Virus record (IMG/VR): IMGVR_UViG_3300044670_000659
Location: 1-37,034 of that record
DNA length: 37,034 bases
From: a virus
Lineage: Duplodnaviria; Caudoviricetes
Direction: 5' to 3' (one strand)
Every line of letters starts with the position of its first letter. Position 1 is the first letter of the stretch. Shown in pieces: positions 6,590 to 15,382 of this stretch. Both the position numbers and the translations under genes were made by a program. The notes beneath the pieces are model-generated. The model did no database searches. It had not been told where the DNA came from and saw nothing but the letters and a program-made list of their open reading frames with translations.

Positions 6590-6747
6590 TGACGACACAG
6601 AACAATTCATACACGACCTCGAAGAGTGGTACGACAAAGCTGATGTGTGATCAGTGTGAGACAGAAGTTGCAGTGGTCAAGGATTCAGGACTGTTGCTGT
6701 GTGCCACCTGCTCGAATCAGATGAGGCCACCGTGGAGGCGTTCCTGA
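6589..6747 (+). CDS. Small zinc-finger protein (52 aa)
   Basis: TAATG coupling; CDQC-x14-CATC. Confidence 0.55.
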   Translation: MTTQNNSYTTSKSGTTKLMCDQCETEVAVVKDSGLLLCATCSNQMRPPWRRS

Positions 6748-6919
6748 TAGTAGCTATCATAGTGATAGTCTTTCATGTCGCCGTCTTCCGATAGATAGAT
6801 TACCGACAACCATAAACATACGAGACAGTAGAGAAGAGGTAAGGAAACAATAGTAGAAATTACTGTTTGTCTCAAACCTGATACATAGATATGTACTCGC
6901 CGCGACGACCCCCTCACAA

Positions 6920-6936
6920 TAGGACAAATTGTCGCA
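6920..6936 (-). promoter_or_regulatory. RegA/RegR-like box, reverse orientation
   Basis: Reverse complement of 6920-6940 is GGGGTGCGACAATTTGTCCTA, sharing GGGTGCGACA with the leader repeats; intergenic. Confidence 0.45.
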
Positions 6937-7038
6937 CCCCTGAAACCCGCAGAAACCCGGCGTTTTTCACCGATGGTGTCGCCGGTTCTGCACCCCAGAT
7001 AGGGCCGATCTGGTACTATCGGGAACGAGGAAAAGAAA

Positions 7039-7263
7039 ATGCTAGTGAAATATGACTACAGCAAAGACGGAATTATCACATCAGAAGAAGCCCTGCGTCG
7101 GCTATGCAACTCTGATCTCATCGACTCATTACAGAGCATGTACGAGATGGATGGTGACATGTTGATCTCCACCTACAATACACTAATAGGCTGCATGTAC
7201 ACCTTGATGAGAATAAAGGAGTCCATTGACAATGGTGGTGAGGTAGTTGATAATGATGAGTAA
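7039..7263 (+). CDS. Hypothetical protein
   Basis: GAGG RBS; 74-aa ORF. Confidence 0.65.
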   Translation: MLVKYDYSKDGIITSEEALRRLCNSDLIDSLQSMYEMDGDMLISTYNTLIGCMYTLMRIKESIDNGGEVVDNDE

Positions 7264-7289
7264 CCACCAATCAATTACAGGATTTCACC

Positions 7290-7484
7290 ATGGCAAAGTG
7301 GAAACAGCTGAACGCATCGAGGGTCTTCCCGGATTTCAAACCGGTACGGAACCCTCGATGGCTCTGGAATCGTTACGGAAAGTTCTACGATCCCTTGGTC
7401 TGGGTGAAGGTAGACGGCAGGGTACACCACTCCGGTGCCTCCCAAGACACGTCCAGTCCGAAGGCCGGACTCTCCAGCCTGTAG
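7290..7484 (+). CDS. Hypothetical protein
   Basis: AGGA RBS; 64-aa ORF. Confidence 0.5.
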   Translation: MAKWKQLNASRVFPDFKPVRNPRWLWNRYGKFYDPLVWVKVDGRVHHSGASQDTSSPKAGLSSL

Positions 7485-7711
7485 CTGTCCTTAGTAAATG
7501 TGACCGTTCCGAAGAGCGTCTGTAGCACGAGCGGTTCCATATCGGATTACTCCCCTTTTAATCTTTGTCCACAAGTTGGAGCCACCACGGTGACCCCCGA
7601 CATTGAAAACATCAAACACGAGTGTGGCAGTACTGAATGTCATGGCGGTTCTCCTGCCCCAGAATGGGGCCTCCCCTGAATATAATTGCTGCACTGCACA
7701 ATGACAAGACC

Positions 7712-7804
7712 ATGCCAGAAATCATAGCCATTCCACTTGCAGTTGTACTACTCGTCGGCGCGATTGCATTCACATTAATCTTCTTCAGAGGCAACGATGA
7801 GTGA
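7712..7804 (+). CDS. Small membrane protein (30 aa)
   Basis: MPEIIAIPLAVVLLVGAIAFTLIFFRGNDE; overlaps the primase start. Confidence 0.45.
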   Translation: MPEIIAIPLAVVLLVGAIAFTLIFFRGNDE

Positions 7805-9476
7805 TTCAGAACCAGTCAAGACACACATACCGTGCCACCTATGCGGATCGTCCGACGCAGGTGCACTCTACACAGACGGACACTTCCATTGTTTCAGCTG
7901 TCGTCAGACTGAACACGCATACGACGGCGAACACGCACACGAGGTAGTAACTCACATGAAACCAACACATCAGAAACCACGTCTCGTCCACGACTCCTCG
8001 CGTCTGGATGAGATGCTGAACGGCCTGACCTGCGGCGTCCTTGCAGACCGCAAGATTTCGGCAGCAGTTGTCGAGAAGTTCGGGGTCCGCGTCGACAACG
8101 TGAACGACCGACACCTCTACCCGTATCGTAACGCGGACGGTGACCTGACAGGGGTGAAGACACGGTACTCCAGAAACAAGACGTTCTCATGGGACGGTAA
8201 CGGACAGACAGCCCTGTTCGGGATGCACCTGTTCCCCGGCGGTGGTAAGACAATCACCATCTGCGAGGGCGAGATCGACACGATGGCCGCACACCAGATG
8301 AATGGGTCCAAGTGGCCCACCGTCGGGATGCCGTCAGCCACCGGGGTCAAGGCTATCAAGGAGAACCTCGAATACCTGAACACGTTCGAGGAAATCTATC
8401 TGGCCTTCGACAATGACGATGCAGGTAAACGTGCCACCGAGGACGTTGCCAATTTGTTCGAGCCTAACAAGTGCAAGGTAGTCAACCTCGCCCCACTGAA
8501 GGATGTCGGTGAGTATCTGGCCGAGGGTAAGGTCGAGGACTACACCCGACGTTGGTGGAACGCACAGCCCTTCACCCCGGAGGGTATCGTCCGAGGCTCG
8601 TCACTCTGGGACTTGGTCTCCACCGACGACGACACCCCTTCCGTACCGTATCCGTACGATGGACTACAGGAGATGACCTACGGCATCCGTGTCGGTGAAC
8701 TGGTCACGCTCACAGCCGGGTCAGGACTGGGCAAGTCAGCCGTCGTCCGCGAACTGATGTACCACCTTCTCAACGTGACCGAGGACAACATCGGCTGCTT
8801 GTTCCTTGAGGAATCCACCAAGCGGTCAGCCCTTGGCTTCATGTCGATGGCTGCGAACAAGCCGCTCCACCTGCCCGACACTGAGAAGACACCGGAGGAA
8901 CTACGACTGGCCTTCGAGCAGACACTCGACACCGACCGCATCTTCTTCTACGACAGCTTCGGGTCGAACTCGCTGGACAATATCATCGGCAGGGTCCGTC
9001 ACATGGCGAAGGCTATGGACTGCAAGTACATCGTCCTCGACCACCTGTCCATCGTTGTCTCCAGTCAGGAGAATGGTGATGAACGTAAGGCCATCGACGA
9101 GATTGTGACGCGGCTGCGTATGCTGATTCAGGAACTACGTATCAGTCTCATCATGGTGTCGCACCTCCGCCGACCGCAGGGTCAGGGCCACGAGGATGGT
9201 GCAGCTACTAGCCTGTCGCAGCTTCGAGGCTCTGCTGCCATCGCCCAGCTATCAGACATGGTCATCGGACTGGAGCGTAACGGTCAGGCTGAGAACGAGG
9301 TGATGCGGAACACAACGACAGTCCGTGTCCTGAAGAACCGGTTCTCCGGTATCACCGGTCCTGCCACCTACCTGTACTACGACAAGACAACAGGTCGCTT
9401 GACAGAGGTCGGCGAACCGGGACAGGATGACACACCCGTATTCGATAACAGCCCACTGGCAGACTTCACATCATGA
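7797..9476 (+). CDS. T7 gp4-like DNA primase-helicase
   Basis: N-terminal Zn finger (CHLC...CFSC), Toprim (CEGEID, FDND), Walker A AGSGLGKS, LDHLS, QLRGS, KNRFSG. Confidence 0.95.
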   Translation: MSDSEPVKTHIPCHLCGSSDAGALYTDGHFHCFSCRQTEHAYDGEHAHEVVTHMKPTHQKPRLVHDSSRLDEMLNGLTCGVLADRKISAAVVEKFGVRVDNVNDRHLYPYRNADGDLTGVKTRYSRNKTFSWDGNGQTALFGMHLFPGGGKTITICEGEIDTMAAHQMNGSKWPTVGMPSATGVKAIKENLEYLNTFEEIYLAFDNDDAGKRATEDVANLFEPNKCKVVNLAPLKDVGEYLAEGKVEDYTRRWWNAQPFTPEGIVRGSSLWDLVSTDDDTPSVPYPYDGLQEMTYGIRVGELVTLTAGSGLGKSAVVRELMYHLLNVTEDNIGCLFLEESTKRSALGFMSMAANKPLHLPDTEKTPEELRLAFEQTLDTDRIFFYDSFGSNSLDNIIGRVRHMAKAMDCKYIVLDHLSIVVSSQENGDERKAIDEIVTRLRMLIQELRISLIMVSHLRRPQGQGHEDGAATSLSQLRGSAAIAQLSDMVIGLERNGQAENEVMRNTTTVRVLKNRFSGITGPATYLYYDKTTGRLTEVGEPGQDDTPVFDNSPLADFTS

Positions 9477-9793
9477 GTGAGGCTCGGATAAAAGAGATAG
9501 AAGAAGAACTTAAAGAGTTGCAGATAAAATATGACAACTATGAATACCGCGACACTGGGTGGGACAAAAATCCTTACGCTGTGCCGATTGCATGGCGTCG
9601 AACAGAACTTAACCTTCTACAATATCCAGTCGATGTGGAAGTTAGTCAGCAAGGATTTGTAGTTGTTGCACCGAATAAGCGGAAGTTTGTTGTTACGCCT
9701 CATCGAAGGTGGAGAGACTTTCGGAGAAGTAAATGGTACCGGTACAAAACCATCGACCACCTCATGGAAAATTATTTTCTGAAAAATGACTGA
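9473..9793 (+). CDS. Hypothetical protein
   Basis: 106-aa ORF overlapping both neighbours; AT-richer than its flanks. Confidence 0.7.
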   Translation: MSEARIKEIEEELKELQIKYDNYEYRDTGWDKNPYAVPIAWRRTELNLLQYPVDVEVSQQGFVVVAPNKRKFVVTPHRRWRDFRRSKWYRYKTIDHLMENYFLKND

Positions 9794-11543
9794 CATCATC
9801 GTTGACATAGAGACAGACGACCTCGACGCCACGGTCATCCACGTTGCCTGTACTCGTGTGGTAGGCACCGAGGATCGTCGGACGTTCACCGCCGAGAACA
9901 TGGCAGAGTTGCCTGATTACCTCCGGTCCTTCGACTGGATGTACGGACACAACGCTGTGAACTTCGACATCCCAGTCATCAACCGTCTGCTGAACGCCGA
10001 CCTCGACCTCGCCAAGGTTCGAGACACCATGCTGATCAGTCAGCTGCTCTGGCCTGATCGTCCCGGCGGACACAGTCTCCGGGCATGGGGCGAACGACTG
10101 TCCGATGCCAAGATCGACTTCCACGACTGGAGCCTCGGGGCAACAGCCGAGATGATTGAGTACTGCCGACAGGACGTTGACCTGACACATCGTGTACTGA
10201 AGCACCTACAGGGTCAGGCGTACCAGATGGACAGGGGTGCTGGTGGTGCGTCGTGGAAGTCCGCCATCGCCATGGAGCATCGTGTCCGTGCCGTGATGAA
10301 CTCGGTCGAGGATCACGGCTATTACCTCGACCAACCCAAGGCTGGGCATTTAGTGTCTAAACTTTCCAATGAGGTTGCCGAGATCGAGGCCGAGGTTCTG
10401 GCCGAGATGCCGGACCTGCCCAAGCCTCGTCGCCTTGTCGTCCCCAAGTATCGGAAGGACGGTACCATGTCATCCGTCGGGCTGAAGCATCTCAACGATC
10501 CATCTGTCTGTGATGGTGGAGGTCCCGGCACGGGACAGCACACGGCTATCGAGTGGCAGACATTCAACCTTGCCAGTCGTCAGCAGATTGCCGACCGTCT
10601 CCAGCGACAGGGGTGGGTTCCGAAGAAACACACCGAGAAGGGACAGCCCATTGTTGACGAGGCCACGCTGTCGGTCATTGACCTACCCCTTGCTCAGAAG
10701 ATTGCCCGTTACCTGATGCTTCAGAAGCGGGTGGCACAGGTATCCTCATGGCTCGACAAGGTAGACAGGGACAGTCGTGTCCGCTGCGGTTACCTGACAC
10801 TGGGTGCCATCACCCACCGCATGTCCTGCACCGGACCGAACCTGCAACAGGTGCCGGGACCACAATCAGAGTACGGTATGGAGTGTCGGTCATGCTGGAC
10901 TGTACCGGCGGGACGACAGCTTATCGGCACTGACCTTGCCGGTATCGAACTCCGATGCCTTGCCCATTACCTTAACGACAACGACTACACAGAGGAACTT
11001 ATCAATGGAGACGTTCACACAAGAACTCAACACCTTGCTGGACTCCCTACACGCGCTGGAGCAAAAACTTTCACGTACGCACTGCTTTACGGGGCGGGAA
11101 ATGCAAAGCTGGGAACTATTATCGGAGGCGGAGCAGATGCTGGTGCTGCAATTAGGGAACGATATCTCCGTGGTATGCCATCATTTGCGAACCTACAGCG
11201 AAGAGTTGCCCGACAGGCGGCATCAGGCACAGTCACCGGTATCGACGGACGACACGTCCGAGTCCGCTCAGAACACGCAGCCCTGAACACGCTGCTCCAA
11301 TCATGTGCTGCGGTCATCGCCAAGCAGTGGCTGATCAACGTCTCCCAGACGTTACCCACCGGGGCAAACATCGTAGCCATGATTCACGACGAACTCTGCA
11401 TCGAGGCTGACACCAGTCTCGATCCCGAAGAGATCGGATTGATCTCAAAAAATGCTGTACAGGCCGTGGCCGAGCAGCTATCCTTCAACTGCCCACTCGA
11501 TTGTGATTGGAAGGTGGGCAACAACTGGTCGGAGACACACTGA
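9786..11543 (+). CDS. polA: Family A DNA polymerase (T7 gp5-like) with 3'-5' exonuclease
   Basis: Exonuclease motifs DIET, HNAVNFD, YCRQD; polymerase motifs DLAGIELR, KTFTYALLYG, IHDE. Confidence 0.95.
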   Translation: MTDIIVDIETDDLDATVIHVACTRVVGTEDRRTFTAENMAELPDYLRSFDWMYGHNAVNFDIPVINRLLNADLDLAKVRDTMLISQLLWPDRPGGHSLRAWGERLSDAKIDFHDWSLGATAEMIEYCRQDVDLTHRVLKHLQGQAYQMDRGAGGASWKSAIAMEHRVRAVMNSVEDHGYYLDQPKAGHLVSKLSNEVAEIEAEVLAEMPDLPKPRRLVVPKYRKDGTMSSVGLKHLNDPSVCDGGGPGTGQHTAIEWQTFNLASRQQIADRLQRQGWVPKKHTEKGQPIVDEATLSVIDLPLAQKIARYLMLQKRVAQVSSWLDKVDRDSRVRCGYLTLGAITHRMSCTGPNLQQVPGPQSEYGMECRSCWTVPAGRQLIGTDLAGIELRCLAHYLNDNDYTEELINGDVHTRTQHLAGLPTRAGAKTFTYALLYGAGNAKLGTIIGGGADAGAAIRERYLRGMPSFANLQRRVARQAASGTVTGIDGRHVRVRSEHAALNTLLQSCAAVIAKQWLINVSQTLPTGANIVAMIHDELCIEADTSLDPEEIGLISKNAVQAVAEQLSFNCPLDCDWKVGNNWSETH

Positions 11544-12025
11544 TGAAACGTGTAAAGTTCACGCCCGAAGATATCGAATACGCCAAGCAGGTAGCCCAAG
11601 ACATCTATGATGAGTCACGGAAGCAGGGATTAAATCCCGGCAACGCAACAGGTCGTGGATACGAAGCTAAGAACGAAATACTTGGTGTTGTGGGGGAGAT
11701 GGCCTACGCCAAGGCTACTGGCAGAAAGTTCGTCCCAAACATCAACCAGTTCAAACGACCTGACGTTGGCGATACCCATGTCCGCAGTAGTTATTCATTA
11801 GGTCATATGATACTTCGTCCCGGTGATGTGCCGGGTCTGTACAGCTTTGTTCATGTCGCTAGGGATCACACATGGGCAACGGTTGTCGGACACTTCGACG
11901 GGGCCGAGGCCATGACAGACAAGTACTGGCGTACCAAGGAGCAGATCGCTAACGTACTCGGACCGGGTGATGCTGCTTGGATCGTTTACTTCAAAAAACT
12001 TAAACCACTGCAAGAGGCAGCATAA
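11543..12025 (+). CDS. Hypothetical protein
   Basis: TGATG-coupled start (MKRVKFTPEDIEYA...) and TAATG-coupled end. Confidence 0.7.
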   Translation: MKRVKFTPEDIEYAKQVAQDIYDESRKQGLNPGNATGRGYEAKNEILGVVGEMAYAKATGRKFVPNINQFKRPDVGDTHVRSSYSLGHMILRPGDVPGLYSFVHVARDHTWATVVGHFDGAEAMTDKYWRTKEQIANVLGPGDAAWIVYFKKLKPLQEAA

Positions 12026-12246
12026 TGAAGATCGAAGTAAACCTGAACGACGAATGGGTTGATGAGGTTGTGGCGGCATCGCTGCGTGACTTCATCCGGC
12101 GGGACTACAACACCCCTGACGTACCTATCAAGGCCATGAAGAAAGTCCTGAAGTTCTACACCACTCGCGAGGACTACACGGATTTCATGGAAGACATCAA
12201 GGAATTGGATGACATTCATCGTCATCAAGAAAGGTTTGACTTCTGA
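12025..12246 (+). CDS. Hypothetical protein
   Basis: GAGG RBS, TAATG coupling, 73 aa. Confidence 0.7.
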   Translation: MKIEVNLNDEWVDEVVAASLRDFIRRDYNTPDVPIKAMKKVLKFYTTREDYTDFMEDIKELDDIHRHQERFDF

Positions 12247-12264
12247 TCGGCAACCTGATAGAAG
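12236..12264 (+). promoter_or_regulatory. Putative sigma70 promoter upstream of the SSB gene
   Basis: TTGACT (12236-12241), 17-bp spacer, TG-n-TAGAAG (12256-12264). The -10 element lacks the final T, as is common in alphaproteobacterial promoters. Confidence 0.4.
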
Positions 12265-12321
12265 TCAGATGTGCGATACGGAGGGGCCTCGCACACCCCC
12301 AGAAACCTAAAGGAAAACATC

Positions 12322-12822
12322 ATGCCTACACTTACTGGAACTGCTCACTGGGCCAAGGTACACGAAGCCGCCAATAGCCCGAAGTACCCCGACAACTACC
12401 AGTTCTCCATTGATATTGGTCCGTTGTCTGTTGACGACATTGCCGAACTGACCGCCCAAGGTCTGGCCGACAAGATCGTCCACGATCACGCCAAGAAGGA
12501 TTACACCCCGTGTATTAACTTCAAGCACCCGCCGGTTGTCTGGGAGAACAATCCCGACGATCCCGACGGTGATCGGATCGAGGTTCCCTTCGAGCCTCGT
12601 GTCGTTGACGCCGAGATGAACGCCATTCCGAAGAGTACCCTCATCGGTAACGGCTCCACGGTAAACGTGGTGTACTTCGCCTCACACTCCAAGAAGTACG
12701 GCACGACCTCGGCCCGTTTCAATGCGGTTCAGGTTGTTGATCTTGTGCAGTATGCAGGGTCAGCACCGGACCCGATGGCTGAACTTGCAGCACTCGGGAA
12801 CGAGGCATCGTTCTCCTCCTAG
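12322..12822 (+). CDS. T7 gp2.5-like single-stranded DNA-binding protein
   Basis: GTAHWAKV...IGNGSTVNV...AVQVVDLV pattern; position in the replication module; AAGGA RBS before ATG 12322. Confidence 0.75.
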   Translation: MPTLTGTAHWAKVHEAANSPKYPDNYQFSIDIGPLSVDDIAELTAQGLADKIVHDHAKKDYTPCINFKHPPVVWENNPDDPDGDRIEVPFEPRVVDAEMNAIPKSTLIGNGSTVNVVYFASHSKKYGTTSARFNAVQVVDLVQYAGSAPDPMAELAALGNEASFSS

Positions 12823-12880
12823 TAGTCCGGGTCCGGGGGTACCCGTCATCCACCCCCACCTAATTTCAGGAGGCAGTACC

Positions 12881-13729
12881 ATCAAACGTATCGAAGACAT
12901 TCCACAAGACCTACAGATGATGTTCGATCTTGGGATTACCAATCCTAATCCCGAGAACGTCGAGACCATGCTGTCGGATATGCGCGAAGCTGTTCTTCGA
13001 TCTATCTCCGAACCGGCAAGGAAACCTAAGACACTTCGCATGTCGAACATGGGACGGCCTGACCGTCAGCTGTGGTACGACATTAACCGACCGTCACCCA
13101 ATTCTGGAATGCCGTACAGCCTACGCATCAAGTTCCTGATGGGCCACCTGATGGAAGCCCTCATCCTGTTCCTGATCAAGGAGGCTGGGCATACAGTCGA
13201 GGACGAGCAGCGCGAGATCGAGATCGGTGGTATCAAGGGACACATGGATGCCCGGATCGACGGGGTCGTCACCGACGTGAAGACAGCGTCCCGGTACGGC
13301 ATGAAGAAGTTCGACGATGCCCTGACCCTCGCCATGGACGATCCCTTCGGGTACATCGGGCAGATCAGCGGCTACGCACAGGCGTGTGGTGATGATCGTG
13401 CTGCCTTCCTTGCCATCAACAAGGAGTCCGGTGAGATTCAAATCTGCACCGTCTCTGGCAACCACATGATCAATGCAGAGGAGCGGGTCTCCCATGTCAA
13501 GTCTGTCCTGTCTGCTGATACGCCACCTGCTCGATGTCACGATTCGATTCCAGACGGGAAGTCGGGCAACCTCGGGTTGGCGAAGGGTTGCACGTTCTGC
13601 GACCACAAATTTGAATGCTGGGCCGATGCTAACGGCGGCGCAGGACTCCGAGGATTTCGATACGCCAACGGAGTGAAGTACCTAACCCATGTAGCAAAGA
13701 CACCGAATGTCGAAGAATTCGTCCGGTAG
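12881..13729 (+). CDS. Cas4-like / PD-(D/E)xK exonuclease (apparent ATC start)
   Basis: RMSNMGRPDRQLWY, GHLME, GHMD...DVKT, QISGY, CTFC...ECW. AGGAGG at 12868-12873 sits 7 nt before an in-frame ATC. Confidence 0.8.
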   Translation: MKRIEDIPQDLQMMFDLGITNPNPENVETMLSDMREAVLRSISEPARKPKTLRMSNMGRPDRQLWYDINRPSPNSGMPYSLRIKFLMGHLMEALILFLIKEAGHTVEDEQREIEIGGIKGHMDARIDGVVTDVKTASRYGMKKFDDALTLAMDDPFGYIGQISGYAQACGDDRAAFLAINKESGEIQICTVSGNHMINAEERVSHVKSVLSADTPPARCHDSIPDGKSGNLGLAKGCTFCDHKFECWADANGGAGLRGFRYANGVKYLTHVAKTPNVEEFVR

Positions 13730-14171
13730 AGGACACTGGAAAAACCCATCACGAATACGACTCGACCCGGATAACTCCTTCGGCTTTGTCTATCTCATTG
13801 TCAACCTGCTGACAGGTCAAAGATACATCGGCAAGAAGCAGTATCACCAGTATCGAAAGGGTGTACGGACACGACCATCAGACTGGCGAATCTACACATC
13901 CTCATCACGTACCCTCAATGATGATATCAAACGACAAGGCAAGTGCAACTTTCACTTCGAGATACTTGCCGAGTTCAATACAAGAGGCGGACTTGTCTAC
14001 GGCGAGACGCATCTTCAGCATGTCTGCAATGTCCTGACGGAACAACTAGAAGACGACGAACGACTATTCTACAATCGGTTCATCGACAAAATCAGGTTCA
14101 TCCCGAAGGAGTTCATGACGGCCAAGCAGAAAGAGAAAGTCATGTCCCGTGTCCTCGAAGATTTCCGTTGA
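13707..14171 (+). CDS. GIY-YIG (Seg-like) endonuclease
   Basis: FGFVYLIVN...RYIGKK...FEILAE...E...FYN. Confidence 0.75.
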   Translation: MSKNSSGRGHWKNPSRIRLDPDNSFGFVYLIVNLLTGQRYIGKKQYHQYRKGVRTRPSDWRIYTSSSRTLNDDIKRQGKCNFHFEILAEFNTRGGLVYGETHLQHVCNVLTEQLEDDERLFYNRFIDKIRFIPKEFMTAKQKEKVMSRVLEDFR

Positions 14172-14496
14172 CCTCGAAGAGAAGTTAGAGGTATTGTCAG
14201 ACACACCTGCCGGTGATCCACACCGGCTCCTATTCATGGCGGTCATCTTTCAGGCCATGCTCGATGCAACCAAGCCGGAGGCAGAGAATGAGTCAGCAGA
14301 AGCAGTACTTGAACGAGGCAGGGCACAGGCGTGGCTCTTTGCAACAACGGGAGTTACAGCAACAGACTTCATCACCGTCTGCGATCTGGCCGGGATCGAC
14401 TACAGTCATGTCCGGTCCTTTGCCCATCAGGTCATCAACACAGGCGAAGTCAGCTTCATCAGGAAAAAAATCAATGCCATCCTCAACCACAGTTAA
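14149..14496 (+). CDS. Hypothetical phage protein
   Basis: 115-aa ORF (LFMAVIFQAMLDA...AQAWL...DFITVCDLAG); start uncertain. Confidence 0.7.
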   Translation: MSSKISVDLEEKLEVLSDTPAGDPHRLLFMAVIFQAMLDATKPEAENESAEAVLERGRAQAWLFATTGVTATDFITVCDLAGIDYSHVRSFAHQVINTGEVSFIRKKINAILNHS

Positions 14497-14749
14497 ATCA
14501 GACGGCTGGTCCACCAGCTACTACGAACTGCCGCACGGCGCAGCTGAACTACAGGACCTGATCGAGTATCGGGAGATGAACTTCAGCGTCGGTAACATCT
14601 TCAAGGCCTGTTATCGTCTGGGCCGAAAGGACGGGGCGACAACGCTCTACGACCTGAACAAAATTAAGTGGTACGTCGAGCGTGAGATCATCAGGCTCGA
14701 ACGTGAGCAACGGCAGCAGCAGTTCGAGTTTAAGGAAGAGTATCTATGA
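14474..14749 (+). CDS. DUF3310 protein (T7 gp1.7-like nucleotide kinase family)
   Basis: SYY...DLIE...NFSVGNIFKACYRLGRK...DLNKIKWY. Confidence 0.7.
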   Translation: MPSSTTVKSDGWSTSYYELPHGAAELQDLIEYREMNFSVGNIFKACYRLGRKDGATTLYDLNKIKWYVEREIIRLEREQRQQQFEFKEEYL

Positions 14750-15381
14750 AGCAGGTCAACGGCCTCTGGCTCCCGGATTCAGACACACACTTTGCCGGTC
14801 CTGATTATGAGATCGGGACACGGCGGGTAGCCCTTGGCCTGACCAAGAACCGGCGTGTTGCTCTCGATGTCGGTGCCCATGTCGGCATCTGGACACGACA
14901 CCTTGCCGAGGAGTTCGACACGGTCTGGGCCATGGAGCCAAACCCTGAGAACTTTGATTGTCTTACCCGTAACACCGACGATCTCGACAACGTGGTACTC
15001 CGCAACGAGGGTGCGTCGTGGACAGACGATATGATGACACTGGTCCATAATCGTCAGGGTAACTCTGGCATGTGGTCACTAGCCGCGCCGGGACAGAAGG
15101 CAGACGGGACGGCCTACTTCGTCAAGGTCGTCACCATTGACAGCCTTGCCTTACCTGATCTAGACTTCATCAAGATTGACGCCGAGGGACATGAACCTGC
15201 CGTGCTGCGTGGGGCGACAGATACCATTGAACGATGCCGTCCTGTACTCTGCCTTGAGGTGAAGGGTAACGGCGTATCGTACGGGGCCGTGGCTGATGCT
15301 ATCAACATGGCCTTGTCATCTTTTAACTTTGACTATCATCCGCACCGCATCGGTTCGGAAATCATCTACACACCGGCATAA
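14746..15381 (+). CDS. FkbM-family SAM methyltransferase
   Basis: ALDVGAHVG, MEPNPENF, DFIKIDAEGHE..VLRGA. Confidence 0.9.
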   Translation: MKQVNGLWLPDSDTHFAGPDYEIGTRRVALGLTKNRRVALDVGAHVGIWTRHLAEEFDTVWAMEPNPENFDCLTRNTDDLDNVVLRNEGASWTDDMMTLVHNRQGNSGMWSLAAPGQKADGTAYFVKVVTIDSLALPDLDFIKIDAEGHEPAVLRGATDTIERCRPVLCLEVKGNGVSYGAVADAINMALSSFNFDYHPHRIGSEIIYTPA

Positions 15382-15382
15382 C

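Noticed and set aside
7565-7573. DnaA box (TTGTCCACA)
   Set aside because: Single copy with a mismatch; expected by chance, and the phage has its own primase-helicase.
7485-7700. tRNA or cobalamin riboswitch
   Set aside because: No TTCGA T-loop cloverleaf and no B12-box consensus found by eye.
9786-11543. HMO-2011-type PolA with DnaJ zinc-finger insertion
   Set aside because: No CxxCxGxG repeats in the polymerase.
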